A DNA stretch of 64,000 bases from Eledone cirrhosa (Eukaryota), in contig OZ024743.1 in the NCBI GenBank assembly GCA_964016885.1, positions 90,024,001 to 90,088,000 on the forward strand. The letters run 5' to 3'. A program made the translations under genes and the position numbers. Below are positions 61,860 through 64,000 of the stretch, piece after piece; positions within the stretch are counted from its first letter, which is position 1; each line of letters starts with the position of its first letter. The notes under the pieces were generated by a model, which worked only from the letters and a program-made list of their open reading frames with translations, did no database searches and was not told the origin of the DNA.

Positions 61860-61993
61860 CTCAAATCCAATAACAACCCAGAGCCGCTCAGATATCGTAA
61901 AGTCCTGTGACCAGTGGGATGTGAAGGCAACAAGGAATGCGTTACTTATAACACCAGCAGTATTGATAAATCTAAGAATTGGGTACCACATAC
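61860..61993 (-). CDS. Anoctamin/TMEM16 family exon (TM9-TM10 region); gene continues upstream beyond the window
   Basis: ttctacag|GT ATG TGG...TTT GAG|gtaaac. Encodes (G)MWYPILRFINTAGVISNAFLVAFTSHWSQDFTISERLWVVIGFE, matching the anoctamin IGxW...NAFxxAFTS...FEH signature. 134 nt, phase 1 to 0. Confidence 0.93.
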
Positions 61994-63699
61994 CTGTAGA
62001 ATAGATAACAATTATTAACTTATTGCAGCATTTCATAGACAAGTTATAGTTATTGTTGATGTTGCTGCTATCGGAAAAATCTGAAATCTTAATAAGCGTT
62101 GGTGGGGACGATTATTCGCAGTTGTGAGTAACTGCATGGAATGTTTTTGGTTGTTTTTTTTAAATTTATACCCATACAAAAACCCTTCGGAATTTCTCAG
62201 AATGTCCGTTCAGAATTCAAACAAAAAAATAAGGTTTGGGTTTTAGTTAAATTGAATTTTTTTTTTTTTTGTCTGCATACTGGTGATTGTGTAGTTAAAG
62301 CATTCACTTCGCAACCACATGGATTTGGGTTCGGTACTTCCGTGTGGCACCTTCAGCATTATCTTCTTTTGTAGAAATGGGCAGACCAATAGCTTGTGAG
62401 TGAAGACGCATGGCTTAGTGGTTAGAGCATTGGGCTTGCAATCGAAAGGTTGTGAGTTCAATTCTCGGACCGGGTGATGTGTTGTTTCCTTGAGCAAGAC
62501 ACTTTATTTCACGTTGCTCCAGTTTACTCAGCTGTAGAAATGAGATGATAGGGACTGCGGTCCCTATCATTAAAACACCCAAGACACTTCCAATTAGGTA
62601 CAACCTTGGAGGAGGCCAGCCAAACCTACATAGGTGTGAGCTGTAACAACAACAACAACAATAGCTTGTGAGCGAGACTTAGTTGACGGAAATTGTGTGG
62701 GAGCTTGTCATAAGTCTGTGAGCGTGTGTGTGTGTGTTTAATTTGTTTTTTGTGTATAACCCTAATTTATCTTTCGACAAAAAAGAGATCGATAAAATTA
62801 GTACGAGATTTGAAAAGGAAAAAAAAGCAGCCACTGAGGTCAATATCATTGACGACTGAATCGCTTGAAGGTGATGCTCCAGCATGATCTCAGTCATTAG
62901 ACTGAGACCAGTAAAAAAGTAAAAAGAACGTATGGCGACGGTAAACAGTAGTCACGCCTCCATCCGCCCAGCTAGCCGGAAAAAAGCTATAAATCAAGAC
63001 AACCACACAGAGAACAAACATACAAACTGAACAACAATAAACCACATTGTAGAAGAGACATACTTTGAATGAAATATAACATTAATTGTAGAAGACAACA
63101 TCTAATCTAATATGCATACATACAAATAATGACGTATGAACAATTACTGTCATATATTATATAGATACAATAACGACAACAACAGACACTAACACTGACA
63201 CTCATGCACACACACATAGTCACACAACATACATACACTCATGCACACACACACTCATGCATACACACACACAGACAATCATGCATACACACACGCAATC
63301 ATGCATACACACACACACACTCATGCACACACACACACACACTCATGCACACACTCACACAGAGACACACATCTACATGTACATGTACACTCATGCACAC
63401 ACACACGTGAAAATAGATGCACCCACACATACACACACACACACAAAGATACATACACTCATGTACACACACACACACCAAACAAACGGTCGGTTTTTTT
63501 TCCTTTGTTGGCAAAGTAACACAAAAGATGGACATGACAAAACTCAGGTAAAAGCAAACAAAACTATGGGAAGTGGGACAGCGTCTCCCGGCCTAGAAAA
63601 TATATCCAAAAAGTGGCAACACAGACGGTCACGTTTTTTAATCATGACTGAAAAATTGCGAGTTTTCAGTTGGTTTCAAAACAGTAACTGGAAGAATCA

Positions 63700-64000
63700 G
63701 GGGTCCTTTCTGATGTGTAGCAACGAAGGTGGTCATGGTTTCGGGGCCCTTTCTGATGTGTAGCAACGAGCGTGGTCGTGTTTTGGGGCCCTTTCTGATG
63801 TGTAGCAACGAAGGTGGCCATGTTTTGGGGCCCTTTCTGATGTGTAGCAACGAAGGTGGCCATGTTTTGGGGGTCCTTTCTGATGTGTAGCAACGAACGT
63901 GGTCGTGTTTTGGGGGCCCTTTCTGATGTGTAGCAACGAACGTGGTCGTGTTTTGGGGGCCCTTTCTGATGTGTAGCAACGAGCGTGGTCGTGTTTTGGG
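63700..64000. repeat. 42-43 bp minisatellite running off the window end (anoctamin intron)
   Basis: ggggccctttctgatgtgtagcaacgaa(g/c)gtggtcgtgtttt, seven copies. Confidence 0.93.

Noticed and set aside
63700-64000. CRISPR-like regular repeat, also with a CTGATG...CGAA hammerhead-like look
   Set aside because: No unique spacers, no cas genes and a eukaryotic context. It lacks A9, a full GAAA and stem I, so it is not an HHR.

Overview
AT-rich, microsatellite-saturated animal genomic DNA. The repeat content (tRNA-derived SINEs, CORE-type SINEs, CR1/RTE/CRE LINE remnants, Penelope-like elements, Helitrons, very long (TA)n tracts) suggests an octopus/coleoid cephalopod; this is inference. One protein-coding gene is supported: the last six coding exons of an anoctamin (TMEM16) on the minus strand (61993 to 44618), joined by frame-consistent GT-AG splice sites. 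Almost all long ORFs in the track are translations of microsatellites. The most notable signal is RNA-level. The window holds about 17 minimal type I hammerhead ribozyme (HHR) motifs in at least 8 sequence families. Seven lie in a tandem array of 449-517 bp structured monomers (33.8-41.4 kb) that looks like a retrozyme, i.e. a template for self-cleaving circular RNA. Many of the others lie in long palindromes whose inversion points fall at HHR or Helitron hairpins. All structures were read by eye; none has been folded computationally or tested. A 200-N assembly gap lies at 41091-41290.
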